This document shows positions 11,480 to 22,369 of a stretch of DNA of 64,000 bases, one piece after another. The translations under genes were made by a program, and so were the position numbers. The notes below the pieces were generated by a model. The model was not told the origin of the DNA. It saw only the letters and a program-made list of their open reading frames with translations, and made no database searches. Position 1 is the stretch's first letter; each line of letters opens with the position of its first letter. Location of the stretch: the IMG/VR virus record IMGVR_UViG_3300027736_001324, positions 1-64,000 of that record. One strand, written 5' to 3'.

Positions 11480-14400
11480 TTAGAAAGTAATTGATCCTGA
11501 AATATTAAATGTATATATTCTATATCCACTTGCATATGTAACAGTCGGGCTACCTGTAGTCGCAGATGCTTCCGTATATGAATCTGGGTAGCGAATAATA
11601 ACAACACCTGAACCACCAGAACCACCGGCGCCGTATCCTCCTGCTCCGCCTCCGCCTGTATTGGCTACGCCGTTAGGCCCGCTAACACCTTGGCTACCAC
11701 CGCCACCTAAACCGCCGGAGCCAGCGACGCTGGCGCCGCCGCCTGCGTAGTATGTTCCGGATCCAGCTGGCCATTCTAAACCGTTGCCGCCATTGCAGTT
11801 GTTAAGGGTGCCACCGGTTGCCACAGCACCACCGCCCCCACCGCCGGTATAATCGCTGCCGTTTCCGCCAGAATTTCCATATCCGCCTGACGCTGAACTT
11901 GGTTGAAGTGCAGAAGCTCCAGCTTGCCCTCCGGAGGCTTGATTACCACCTCCACCACCACCTGAGCCACCAGTATAACCCGTCTCGCCAGTACTGCCGC
12001 CGCGCCCGCCACCTAAGGCTACTACAGAAGCAGGTAGTGTCAGTGATGAATTAACACCAGAACTAGCGGGTGCTCCGCCTGAACCAACTGCAACAGTTAT
12101 TGTGTATCCAGAGGTAACCGATGCTGTGCCTTCAACTAAACCACCGGCACCACCGCCACCACCTGTGCCGTTGCCGCTGCCTTGTCCACCGCCACCGCCA
12201 CCTGCAACTACTAAGTACTGAATTGAAGCTGGCATTACATTTGTGAATGGGTTAATTGCCGATGAACTAGGGCTAGCGTTGGCCGTTATTGTATTTTTAT
12301 AATATGAACTGTCTGTCAAATACGATGAATCATTTATTGTATTAAGCATCAAATTTGTGCTGGCTATAGTATTTGTTGGGTTTGACGGATTACCATTTTG
12401 ATTACTAGTTTGAGTTATAGATAACGGACCTGCAGGTGCTGTAAAATTGCTAGTATACGCAGCAACGCCGTTCATTACTCTGACGTTTGATATAAGACCA
12501 TACGCATTTTTACCGTTAGTTTGTCCACCAATAACAGTAGTACCAATTGGATTTATATAAGTTGTTACTGTTGCTAGTGTTGTTCCAGTTCCGTTTACAT
12601 ATAGTTTAATAGTAGTCCCGTCGTAAACTAATGCTAAGTGATACCAAGTGCCAGTTGTAAGTGTAAAGCTAGTACCATTTACTAGATTCCAACTTACTGA
12701 ACTGTTAGACATATACACTTCTAAGTTATTTCCGGTAGCGTCTAGTGCTAGTGAAACATAAGTATAACTATCTCCGTTTGTGGTTTGAAATATTTTACCA
12801 TTGGCTTGCCCGGATCCACTTGGATTCCACCAAAGTTCTACTGTGAATGGAGTAGAATAAAACAATGTATTAGAAGTTGACGTAGCATTACCACCATTAG
12901 TTGGGGTATGATTAAAACTTGAACTATCATTTAAGAAACTTGCACCAATTGGAGTGTTCAATAATAAACTAGTTTGTGTTCCTGTAATAGCATTACTTGG
13001 ACTGCCGTATATATTTGCTGATTGTGTGCTTGGGAGTGGTAATGTAGATGGAGTAAAGTTTGGTGAATTGTATATTGCTGTGCCTGTAACTACTCGCAAG
13101 TTAGTAATGTAAGTCATTGACCTATAATTTACACCAGAGGGAGTGTCTTTTGTACCAATTACTGCACTGGTTGTACCTGGACTTATTGCTGCGGTACCAA
13201 AAGAGGGGTTAGTATAATCTGCAACGCCGTTTACATAAAGTGTAAGTGTACTACCTGATCTTACCGCTGCAACATGTGTCCAAACATTTGAATTAACGGT
13301 AATCGTTCCACTATAAGCTGAACCACTAATAAAAGCAAATGTCAATTTTCCAGTACTGTTAAGGTAAAGTTTCCAAACCGCTACTGTTGCTCGGGTAACC
13401 CTAGCGTCAATTATAACTGTTTCAGCGGCGGCTCTAGGACTAGGATATATCCAGGATTCAATAGTAAAATCACCGGTTAAATTGAATACAGAAGAACTAG
13501 GCAAAGTTATGTAGGCTGATGTGCTTGGATTAAGATATAAGCTACCACCAGTACTTACCGGGTTTGCTGATATAGGTGAACTATATGTTACCCCGCCGGC
13601 ATTAGTAACAGTAAGACTATTTCCACTAGTGTCAGTTATATACGTTCCAGAAGATGCTACACTTAATAACAATGATGTACCGGATATAGCAGTCAAAGGT
13701 GATGTAGGTACTGTAAAGTTACTAGTATATACTGCGGTTCCTTTTACTATGCGAAAATTAGTCATATATCCAGTGAAGGTAGTGCCAGGAGAACTAGATG
13801 AATCTGATCCTATCGCAAAAGGATCAGAGTTTGACATTACTGCTACGGTTATTGCTGCCGGTGTGATTGCTGATATACCATTCACATATAGATATATATT
13901 ATTACTATTTCTTACTAATGCAACATGATACCAGGCTCCCGATGGATAATTTGCACTTGTAGTAGACGATATTTCCCAGGCTGAGCCAGAAGTAGACATA
14001 TACACAGTAAAAGCACTGCCGCTCCAAACTAATTGTACAGGAGAATAATTAATATTTGATGATCTTTTTGTATAAAGTGTTGCACTAGCAGTTGTAGTTT
14101 GAAACCAAAATTCAATTGTAAAATCTCCGCTGGCCATATCTAATACTGTGTTATTTGCAACAGTAAGATAAGAACTACTAAAATTTAATTGTCCACCAAT
14201 AGCAGTCGGTGGATTAGAACTATAAGTTACAGTTCCAGTTGGGGTAAGAGTAAAGTTATTAGTACTGCCATCAGTTAAATAGGCGCCGGGTGATGCTACA
14301 TCTACTAATAATTGTGTACCGGTGACCGCAGTTAAAGCAGTAGTGGGTGTAGTAAATGTAAATGAATATACTGCTTGTCCTTTAACAATACGAACATTAT

Positions 14401-14989
14401 TAACATACGAATTTGACGGGAGAGATTGGTTACTAGCCGTACTTAAATACAAATTTCCGCCGCTACCCATTGTAAATGTTAGCATATATGACCCAAACAA
14501 TACCCCATTCAAGTAACAACCAATAGCATTGCCTTGTCTAACCATTGCAAGATGATACCAAGTCTTAAGTGAGAATGGCGTAGTTCTTGCCTCCGATGTG
14601 GCAGCTCCGGTACCTACATAATAATAAATATTAGTACTATTAGGCATGAATCCATATATTGGATTAGTAGTGCCAACATTCCACCCCTGTTGAAGTATAG
14701 GCCCCCAGCCGGGTGGATATTCTAAAGCATAATACCAACATTCTACAGTCCAATCACCTGCACCGGCACCTAAATTTAGTGAAGCGGCAGCAGGATATGA
14801 CACCGAACTAGCATTAGTATTGTTGAAATATATGCTGCCACCAAGAGGTGATTGATTCGTAGTATCTAGTCCACTAGTAGTTGTAGACAAGAACTGTGTA
14901 GTACCATTGAAGGATATACTGCCAGAGATTGCTTCTCCTGACATTTGTGTACCAGTTGGTATTGTTAAATTTGTTATTGTTGCGGTCAT
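11480..14989 (-). CDS. Multi-LamG (ConA-like) protein with C-terminal glycine-rich domain (1169 aa)
   Basis: Four F/WTxExW...WxHxAxV...NxRxxxG cores; C-terminal YLVVAGGGGGG...GSGVVIIRY. Confidence 0.85.
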   Translation of the reverse strand: MTATITNLTIPTGTQMSGEAISGSISFNGTTQFLSTTTSGLDTTNQSPLGGSIYFNNTNASSVSYPAAASLNLGAGAGDWTVECWYYALEYPPGWGPILQQGWNVGTTNPIYGFMPNSTNIYYYVGTGAATSEARTTPFSLKTWYHLAMVRQGNAIGCYLNGVLFGSYMLTFTMGSGGNLYLSTASNQSLPSNSYVNNVRIVKGQAVYSFTFTTPTTALTAVTGTQLLVDVASPGAYLTDGSTNNFTLTPTGTVTYSSNPPTAIGGQLNFSSSYLTVANNTVLDMASGDFTIEFWFQTTTASATLYTKRSSNINYSPVQLVWSGSAFTVYMSTSGSAWEISSTTSANYPSGAWYHVALVRNSNNIYLYVNGISAITPAAITVAVMSNSDPFAIGSDSSSSPGTTFTGYMTNFRIVKGTAVYTSNFTVPTSPLTAISGTSLLLSVASSGTYITDTSGNSLTVTNAGGVTYSSPISANPVSTGGSLYLNPSTSAYITLPSSSVFNLTGDFTIESWIYPSPRAAAETVIIDARVTRATVAVWKLYLNSTGKLTFAFISGSAYSGTITVNSNVWTHVAAVRSGSTLTLYVNGVADYTNPSFGTAAISPGTTSAVIGTKDTPSGVNYRSMTYITNLRVVTGTAIYNSPNFTPSTLPLPSTQSANIYGSPSNAITGTQTSLLLNTPIGASFLNDSSSFNHTPTNGGNATSTSNTLFYSTPFTVELWWNPSGSGQANGKIFQTTNGDSYTYVSLALDATGNNLEVYMSNSSVSWNLVNGTSFTLTTGTWYHLALVYDGTTIKLYVNGTGTTLATVTTYINPIGTTVIGGQTNGKNAYGLISNVRVMNGVAAYTSNFTAPAGPLSITQTSNQNGNPSNPTNTIASTNLMLNTINDSSYLTDSSYYKNTITANASPSSSAINPFTNVMPASIQYLVVAGGGGGGQGSGNGTGGGGGAGGLVEGTASVTSGYTITVAVGSGGAPASSGVNSSLTLPASVVALGGGRGGSTGETGYTGGSGGGGGGNQASGGQAGASALQPSSASGGYGNSGGNGSDYTGGGGGGAVATGGTLNNCNGGNGLEWPAGSGTYYAGGGASVAGSGGLGGGGSQGVSGPNGVANTGGGGAGGYGAGGSGGSGVVIIRYPDSYTEASATTGSPTVTYASGYRIYTFNISGSITF

Positions 14990-14992
14990 AGT

Positions 14993-17986
14993 TTAGAATA
15001 CGAATGGGTCTAGTGTGGATGAAGTTGCAGTACCAATATTAGTTATTGTTAAATTATTTATTGAACCATCTACTAAAAAGTTAGTTCCAAACGCGGTATT
15101 TAGCAACAAACTAGTTTGTGAATTAGTTACAGCGGCTGAGGGTGCGCCACTTTGATTTTCTACTTGAGAATTATTTAATGGTCCTGCAGGGGGAACAAAG
15201 TTTGATGTATATACTCCTACACCTTTAACTACTCTTAGATTACTAATATAACCACCATAAGGGTAAGTAGCTCCTTGACTTGCTACTGTAGTATTTCCAA
15301 AATTATATGATACTGAACTAGTTTGAGTTACTCCAAGTTGAATACCATTTACAAACATTTTTATACTTGTTCCGCTACGAGTTAGCGCAACATGATACCA
15401 AGCATTTAGGCTCATATTGTGCGGGTAATCATAATCCCATGTAATTCCAGCTCGACCATATCCTAAATTTGTTCCACCATAAAATCCAAAGAATAATCCA
15501 CCCGTGTCGCTTGATGATATTATAAAAGAATCTCCTCCCAATACCGTACGATATATCCATGCTTCAACTGTAAAATCACCTGTACCAAAATCAAGCGCGG
15601 TATTTGTAGGGATACTCAGATACTGAGTAGTACCATTCAATAATACACTTCCTGGATTAGCAAGAATTGTATAATTTCCTGTAAACGGATTGAATGGAGT
15701 AATTGTAGCAGTACCAACATTAGTTACAGTAAACGCATTAGTTGAACTATCAGTTAAATAACTACTATTGCTTGGAGTTGTTAATAGTAATTCTGTTTGT
15801 GAACTTTGTACCGGACAACTGGGTATGCCACTTTGATTAAATGTTTGACTAGTAGTAAATGGCCCTGATGTAGGTATAAAAGATTGTGTATATACTGCGG
15901 TGCCGTTAACAATTCTTAAATTAGAAATATTGCCAGTATACAATCCTGTGTTTGCGTATACAGCGCCAATTGTGAGAGTATTATTTCCCGGGGTAAGTGT
16001 AAGACCAGTATATGTTGTACCTATTAGTCCATTAACAAAAAATCTAAGTGTAGTTGTATCCCATGTTACTGCAACATGATACCAATTATTTACAGACAAT
16101 GTTATATCAGACTGGTATGTAGTAACGCCGTTCCAAAAAGTTAAATATCCATAACTTGGGTGTATATTAAATTGCCATTCTGCACTACCTGCTGACCTTT
16201 TAGCCACAATTCCATGATCGGCTGCACTTAAATCTGTTGGGTAAATCCATGCTTCAATAGTAAATGAAGTTCCGGTTGAGAGTTGTAGTGCAGCATTATC
16301 TGGTACGGTTAAATATTGACTAGTACCATTAAAAAATATACTTCCCGGCGTAAATATACTACCATTACTATTGAACGGGTTAGTTGAATTACTTGTTAAT
16401 GTATAAGTTGAGCTTGGGTATTGACCTACTGTTTGTTGGGTTAGTGTTACCCCATTAAAAGACCCATCAGTAAGAAAAGTATTATTATACGGTGTACTTA
16501 CTAATAAACTTGTTTGATTGCTACTAATAGATTTTGATGGCGATCCAATATTATTTGAGCCTTGAACTGCTGGTAGTGGTTGTACAGGTGGAGTAAAATT
16601 TCCTACATTATAAACTGATACACCATTCACAATACGAACATTGCTTATATTACCTTTGAAAAGATAAGCCCCGTCACTTCTACAACCAATCGTTACTGAT
16701 TGTGTTGCAGGTGATACTACAGGACTAGTAAACGGTGCACCTGATTGTGTAGCAAAATTATATGGATCGGGACCAGATGATACTATTTTGCCATTTACAA
16801 AAAGATTAGTAACTAAATTTTGTCTACACACAGCAACGTGTGTCCAAGTGTTGGCAGTTATAGGTCCTCCACCAATAGTATATAATGATGGATAATTTAC
16901 TCCTGATGTTGCAGGTGGATAACCATAACTGTTATAGTAATCAATATATTTTAATTTGTTACTTTCATAAAATAAAGCACCTTGATTGGCAGCCGGGCCA
17001 TGATCCATTAAATAAAAAGTACCACTGGTCCAAGTTGCTGAAGTAGGATATATCCACATTTCCCATGTAAAATCATTAGTGCTATAATTAAATTGTGTTG
17101 CTCTTGCGATAGTCAAATATTGGTTAGTACCGTTAAACAATATGCTACCTATATAAGTAGATGGTCCCAAAGCACTTGATGTTGGGTTATTAACTCTAGT
17201 TACTGTTTGAGCATAGCTTGAGGTATCAGTGAAGTAACTAGCATTATTGGGAGTAGTTAATAACAAACTAGTCTGTGTTCCGGTAATTGCTTGATTGTAT
17301 CCAGACAAATTTAAACTTTGTGTTGATGCTAATGGTGGAGTAGGCACTGTGACATTTGGCGGTACATATAATGATACACCTTTAACGATACGTATATTGC
17401 TTAAATATCCATTAAATGCATAACTTGGATCAGCAGTAATATAACTAGCAGGCATACCAATTTCAAAAGGTTGACCGTTGTTAGCAGCAGGGCTGGCAAT
17501 ATTAGGGGTAGAACTAACTAATACACCATTTATATATAAATAATAACGATTTCCATCTGTTGTATCTTTGCACAATGCTACATGATACCAAGTGTTTAAT
17601 GATATTGTACCACTGGGCCAACTACTCATATAAGTCCAACCTACAGTAGTGGAATAAAATTGCACTTCCAGAACATTAGTGTTAATTGTTGCAACAGTAT
17701 CATCTCCTGACTTCACTGAAAAAAGCACATTTTGACCATTACCCTTATTTAAAAAATATTGTGGGTAATTATAGCGTGAATGTTCACTAGCATATAGCCA
17801 ACATTCTATAGTCCAACTTGGGGAATCAGTGGTTAAATCTAATATAGTACCATTAGCACCAGACCCAGTTCCGCTAGTAACTACTGATTGATTAACTCCG
17901 TTAAATGACAAACTTCCATAAGGTGGTGATAGAACGGTATTATTAAAACCAGTTGTTAAATTTGAGCCGGAGATTGATATTGACAT
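14993..17986 (-). CDS. Multi-LamG protein, 4 domains (997 aa)
   Basis: Four repeats beginning GSxxFNG(T)xQ and ending QTxLLL...(N/D/G)P. Confidence 0.85.
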   Translation of the reverse strand: MSISISGSNLTTGFNNTVLSPPYGSLSFNGVNQSVVTSGTGSGANGTILDLTTDSPSWTIECWLYASEHSRYNYPQYFLNKGNGQNVLFSVKSGDDTVATINTNVLEVQFYSTTVGWTYMSSWPSGTISLNTWYHVALCKDTTDGNRYYLYINGVLVSSTPNIASPAANNGQPFEIGMPASYITADPSYAFNGYLSNIRIVKGVSLYVPPNVTVPTPPLASTQSLNLSGYNQAITGTQTSLLLTTPNNASYFTDTSSYAQTVTRVNNPTSSALGPSTYIGSILFNGTNQYLTIARATQFNYSTNDFTWEMWIYPTSATWTSGTFYLMDHGPAANQGALFYESNKLKYIDYYNSYGYPPATSGVNYPSLYTIGGGPITANTWTHVAVCRQNLVTNLFVNGKIVSSGPDPYNFATQSGAPFTSPVVSPATQSVTIGCRSDGAYLFKGNISNVRIVNGVSVYNVGNFTPPVQPLPAVQGSNNIGSPSKSISSNQTSLLVSTPYNNTFLTDGSFNGVTLTQQTVGQYPSSTYTLTSNSTNPFNSNGSIFTPGSIFFNGTSQYLTVPDNAALQLSTGTSFTIEAWIYPTDLSAADHGIVAKRSAGSAEWQFNIHPSYGYLTFWNGVTTYQSDITLSVNNWYHVAVTWDTTTLRFFVNGLIGTTYTGLTLTPGNNTLTIGAVYANTGLYTGNISNLRIVNGTAVYTQSFIPTSGPFTTSQTFNQSGIPSCPVQSSQTELLLTTPSNSSYLTDSSTNAFTVTNVGTATITPFNPFTGNYTILANPGSVLLNGTTQYLSIPTNTALDFGTGDFTVEAWIYRTVLGGDSFIISSSDTGGLFFGFYGGTNLGYGRAGITWDYDYPHNMSLNAWYHVALTRSGTSIKMFVNGIQLGVTQTSSVSYNFGNTTVASQGATYPYGGYISNLRVVKGVGVYTSNFVPPAGPLNNSQVENQSGAPSAAVTNSQTSLLLNTAFGTNFLVDGSINNLTITNIGTATSSTLDPFVF

Positions 17987-18005
17987 GATATTATATTTAT
18001 AGAGG

Positions 18006-21000
18006 TCAGAACGGATTGTTAATTACTGGTGTGGGGTTACCCGGGCTTGTTACTTGTAAACGATAACTTGAACTATCAAAAATGTTTAATACATTATTTG
18101 GAGTATTCAATAACAAACTTGTCTCTGTTCCAAATATTGCTGCTGATGGTAATCCATTTTGATTAGCAACTTGGGTTGCAGTTAAGTTACTTGTCGGTGG
18201 AGTGAAATCAGTGGTGTATACTGCTATGCCATTTACTATCCTAATATTAGAAATATAACCGTTAAAATATTCAGCATAATCCCACCGTTTACCAATTTGT
18301 ACTTGATTTGTTCCACCAGTATTTAAAGTTTGTACCACTGTTGCTGACTGAACACCGTTAATATATATGCTCATGTTAGTACCATCAAACACCGCTGCCA
18401 CATGAGTCCAAGCACTAATAGTTACGTTTGCGGTTGTAACACAACCGTTCCAATTCCCTGCACCATTATAAGTAGCAAAAACTACTTTGTCGCCCGGTGT
18501 TCCTGGTGTAACACCTCCTCCTAAATACAATGCATAAGGAATTGTTCCGCCACTAAAAGTGTTACAAACAATAAATCCATTGGTATAAGATTGCGGATAT
18601 ATCCAAGCCTCAATAGTCATTGGAGTTGTACTTGCGGTTGGGGTTAAAGTTGAACTAACAGGAGTAACAATATATTGACTAGTACCATTAAACAACATGC
18701 TACCTTCACTAATCAACAATGGATTTAAATCGTCCGGTACAGGTGTGTTAGGACTAGTTACTAGAAAATTATAACTAGAACTATCTAATCTGTTATTAGA
18801 AGAATTAAATGTATTCAATAATAAACTAGTTTCTGTTCCGGTAATTGCTGCTGAAGGATTACCATTAACATTTGCTGTTTGTGTTGCTGTTAATGGAGTT
18901 GTACTCGGTGTAAAATCACTAGTGTAAACAGCGACACCTTTAACTATACGAACATTGCTGATGTTACCGTGAAACAAGTATGAAGGATTACCCAACATGT
19001 CAGCAGAACCAATTACAACAGATTCAAGTGAATTATCATATAACGTAAAACTAATAGTCACATTCGCAGATAATACCCCATTCACCCAGGTCGTAAATAC
19101 ATTTCCATTCCGAGTAAATGCTATATGACTCCAAGAATTAAGAGATACTGGAGTTGTACCTAGTGCCGTGATATTCCATCCACTTCCCCCACCATTAGAG
19201 CAAGAATATAGTACAGGTATATTACTTGAGTTAAGTAATATCGTAAATGGGCCTGCTTCAGTCCCTATATTATAAAGTTTTGATATAATACCTTGATCAA
19301 GTCCACCTGATGTGGGATATATCCAGCATTCAATAGTCCAATCACCTGCACCAAATGTAAACTCAGGGCTAGCACCACTATCAACAACAGTTAAGTAATC
19401 ACTACTACCATTAAACAACATACTACCATCTATTAAAAAGTTAGGTGCTACTATGCTGGATGAAGGAGTGCCTGGACTAGACACAATCCAATCATAACTT
19501 GAAGTATCTATTAAATTATAATTGTTGTTGGGAGTAGTTAACAATAAACTTGTCTCCGTGCCACTGATAGCAGCACTTGGACTACCATTTACATCTGCTA
19601 GTTGTGTTGCTGTTAATATATTTGTGCTTGGCGTAAATTCTTCTGTATATACTGCTATGCCTTTAACTATACGAAAGTTAGAAATATATCCGTTAAAGTA
19701 TGCGCCGCCGGCACCATATGCTCCAAGATCGCTGCCTATTGTTAACTGAGTACCAGTATAACCCATATTAAAAGTCATTGATACTGTTGCTGTTTCAACC
19801 CCATCAAGATATGATGTTAGATTATTGCCATCACGAACTAAAGCAAAATGATACCAGGTGTCTATGCCAACTACGCCGGCGCTTTGGAATGCGCCGCCGT
19901 CGCCGCCATCACCAACGATCCAATACACTGTGCCATCAGTATCAATAAACACAAAATACGATGAATTTGCAACACCAACATAGCCGCCTTGAAGGAATAA
20001 TGCAGTTGAAGCAGCAAGACTATTAACATAAAACCAAGTTTCAATTGTCCAATTTGGCTGTCCTGTTGCTAAATCAAGTGCATCGCCTCCTGAACCATTT
20101 ATCAATAAACTAGCATTGGTACCATTGTATAATGAACTAGCACCACCGGTCAATGGTGTATTGGCATCAGGCACAGGCATATTTGGACCCAGTACATCAA
20201 ACTGATAACTTGAACTATCTAATAGATAAGTGGTATTGTTAATTGTATTCAATAACAAACTTGTTTCAGTTCCGAGTATTGCTGCACTTGGACTACCATT
20301 AACATTTGCTAATTGTGTGCTAGTCAATGGATTAGATGACGGAACAAAATCACTAGTATAGACTGCTATACCTTTAACTACACGAATATTACTTGCGTAT
20401 CCATCAAGATACGTTAGTCCGTTACCGGTCCATGCTCTACCAGTTTGTAATGGATCGCTGTTTATAAGACTATAATTTGTAACACATGTCTGTGCAGCAC
20501 CTATTTGTGTTCCATCCACAAAAAATCTCAAATCAGTTCCGCTGCGTGTACATGCTATATGATACCACTGTCCAGTATTAAGTGTTGTTGGAAATATATA
20601 ACTATCTTCTGTAACAAGATCAGTTCTAAACCAGCTAAGATACGGTCCACCGGCACCAGAGTAATATCGCATCCACCAAGCAGAATATGCAGGTACTCCC
20701 ACATCTGCCCCATTTCCAACTAACACTAGCCCAAGATCAGGACCAATACTATTAAAATAATACCATCCCTCTACAGTAAAGTCTCCTGTACCAAATTCAA
20801 ATGCAGTATTACTTTCAACATATACTACATTACTAGAACCATTAAAACTTAAACTACCAGTAGGATCAAATGGATTTGCAGCACTAGGAACTGGCATGTT
20901 TGGTCCTAATACATTATAATGATTACTAGAACTATCTAACAAATATGTCCCGTTGTTATATTGTGTATTCAATAACAATTTAGTCTGTGAACCACTAATA

Positions 21001-22274
21001 GCACTACTTGGACTACCATTAACATTTGCTCCCTGTACACTTGTTAATTGGTTTGTTGATGTAATAAAATTATTAGTATATACTGCTACTCCCGATACAT
21101 AACGGAAGTTTGACATATACCCAGTATAATAAAATTGAGATCCAGCATAATTTCCAATATACAATGTACTATTAAGTGGACCATAAGGGCCAACACTACT
21201 TCCCACTAGTATCCCATCTTTATATACTGCTGTAGCGCCTATATCACCGTTACGCACAATAGCAAGATGAGTCCATGTGTTAACTGAAATATATGCATCT
21301 ATCGGTGGTTGTCCATATTGTCCATCATCTAATATAAGTTGTCCTGTTCCCGGATACTTCCAAAAATTAAGACCTCCGGGCGTAGTTGATACAAATGATT
21401 GCTGAGTTGAATTATCAGTTGTGTAAATCCAAAACTCAATTGTCCATGTTGCGGAAGTTGTTGGTACTCCACTTGGTATAGTTAAGAAATCACTAGTACC
21501 ATTAAACAACAAACTGCCAAAGAAAGGTGTCAACACACTTGGTGTTGGCATGTTTGGTCCAGTCAATATAAAATGATTATCTGAAATGTCTAAAAAATTA
21601 AAATCGTTATTGGTGGTATTCAATAACAATACTGTTGCACCACTATATATAAATGAACTTGGGCTACCATTAAAATTCTGTGGTTGCACTACTGTCAATG
21701 GACTACTACTTGGAGTAAATGCTGATGTGTATACTGCTATACCGTTTACTATTCTTAAATTACTAATGTAGCCTGACCACGGTGACGTTCCGTCTTGTGC
21801 TGTTGCCCCGATAGTAAACGGTACTGCTGGGTTTGCAAGTAGCGCACCTGCTTCCGTTTGTGTGCTAGCAGATTGTCCATTAACCCACATTGTGTAAACA
21901 TTACCTAGTCTGGTAATAGCAACATGATGCCACTGATTAGCTGGTGTTGCTATAGTAGAATTAAGTTGAATCTCCCAATTTGATCCAGTTATAGTTCCTA
22001 AAAAATCAAGGTTACTATTCCCGGCATGACCAAGCCCAACTCCGCCATAAGTAATACTATCAGGTCGTTTTCCAAATAATGCTTCAGTAGCTGCTATATC
22101 TGTATCATAAAACCAACATTCAATTGTAAAATCACTAGTTAAAGTAAATGCAGCATTACCTGGTGTAGTAAGATATTGATCAGTTCCATTAAATTCCATA
22201 CTGCCCGAAAGTAGTTCTGGCGATACGGTCAGCCCACTTGAGGCATATATTCCATCTGATAAAGTTATTGACAT
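18006..22274 (-). CDS. Multi-LamG protein, 6 domains; start revised from 22346 to 22274
   Basis: Six LamG repeats. MSITLSDG resembles the neighbour's MSISISGS start; TAAATA lies 4 nt upstream; the longer start would cross a terminator. Confidence 0.85.
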   Translation of the reverse strand: MSITLSDGIYASSGLTVSPELLSGSMEFNGTDQYLTTPGNAAFTLTSDFTIECWFYDTDIAATEALFGKRPDSITYGGVGLGHAGNSNLDFLGTITGSNWEIQLNSTIATPANQWHHVAITRLGNVYTMWVNGQSASTQTEAGALLANPAVPFTIGATAQDGTSPWSGYISNLRIVNGIAVYTSAFTPSSSPLTVVQPQNFNGSPSSFIYSGATVLLLNTTNNDFNFLDISDNHFILTGPNMPTPSVLTPFFGSLLFNGTSDFLTIPSGVPTTSATWTIEFWIYTTDNSTQQSFVSTTPGGLNFWKYPGTGQLILDDGQYGQPPIDAYISVNTWTHLAIVRNGDIGATAVYKDGILVGSSVGPYGPLNSTLYIGNYAGSQFYYTGYMSNFRYVSGVAVYTNNFITSTNQLTSVQGANVNGSPSSAISGSQTKLLLNTQYNNGTYLLDSSSNHYNVLGPNMPVPSAANPFDPTGSLSFNGSSNVVYVESNTAFEFGTGDFTVEGWYYFNSIGPDLGLVLVGNGADVGVPAYSAWWMRYYSGAGGPYLSWFRTDLVTEDSYIFPTTLNTGQWYHIACTRSGTDLRFFVDGTQIGAAQTCVTNYSLINSDPLQTGRAWTGNGLTYLDGYASNIRVVKGIAVYTSDFVPSSNPLTSTQLANVNGSPSAAILGTETSLLLNTINNTTYLLDSSSYQFDVLGPNMPVPDANTPLTGGASSLYNGTNASLLINGSGGDALDLATGQPNWTIETWFYVNSLAASTALFLQGGYVGVANSSYFVFIDTDGTVYWIVGDGGDGGAFQSAGVVGIDTWYHFALVRDGNNLTSYLDGVETATVSMTFNMGYTGTQLTIGSDLGAYGAGGAYFNGYISNFRIVKGIAVYTEEFTPSTNILTATQLADVNGSPSAAISGTETSLLLTTPNNNYNLIDTSSYDWIVSSPGTPSSSIVAPNFLIDGSMLFNGSSDYLTVVDSGASPEFTFGAGDWTIECWIYPTSGGLDQGIISKLYNIGTEAGPFTILLNSSNIPVLYSCSNGGGSGWNITALGTTPVSLNSWSHIAFTRNGNVFTTWVNGVLSANVTISFTLYDNSLESVVIGSADMLGNPSYLFHGNISNVRIVKGVAVYTSDFTPSTTPLTATQTANVNGNPSAAITGTETSLLLNTFNSSNNRLDSSSYNFLVTSPNTPVPDDLNPLLISEGSMLFNGTSQYIVTPVSSTLTPTASTTPMTIEAWIYPQSYTNGFIVCNTFSGGTIPYALYLGGGVTPGTPGDKVVFATYNGAGNWNGCVTTANVTISAWTHVAAVFDGTNMSIYINGVQSATVVQTLNTGGTNQVQIGKRWDYAEYFNGYISNIRIVNGIAVYTTDFTPPTSNLTATQVANQNGLPSAAIFGTETSLLLNTPNNVLNIFDSSSYRLQVTSPGNPTPVINNPF

Positions 22275-22303
22275 AGTGTATTTAGTAGATATTTTTGTCC
22301 AAC

Positions 22304-22326
22304 AAAAAAGGCACTTTCGTGCCCTT
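22304..22326 (-). terminator. Intrinsic terminator
   Basis: Minus strand GGCAC-GAAA-GTGCC followed by T6. Confidence 0.8.
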
Positions 22327-22369
22327 AGTGTTTCTTCCCATCCCATTGAGATATTGTATTTATATTGTT

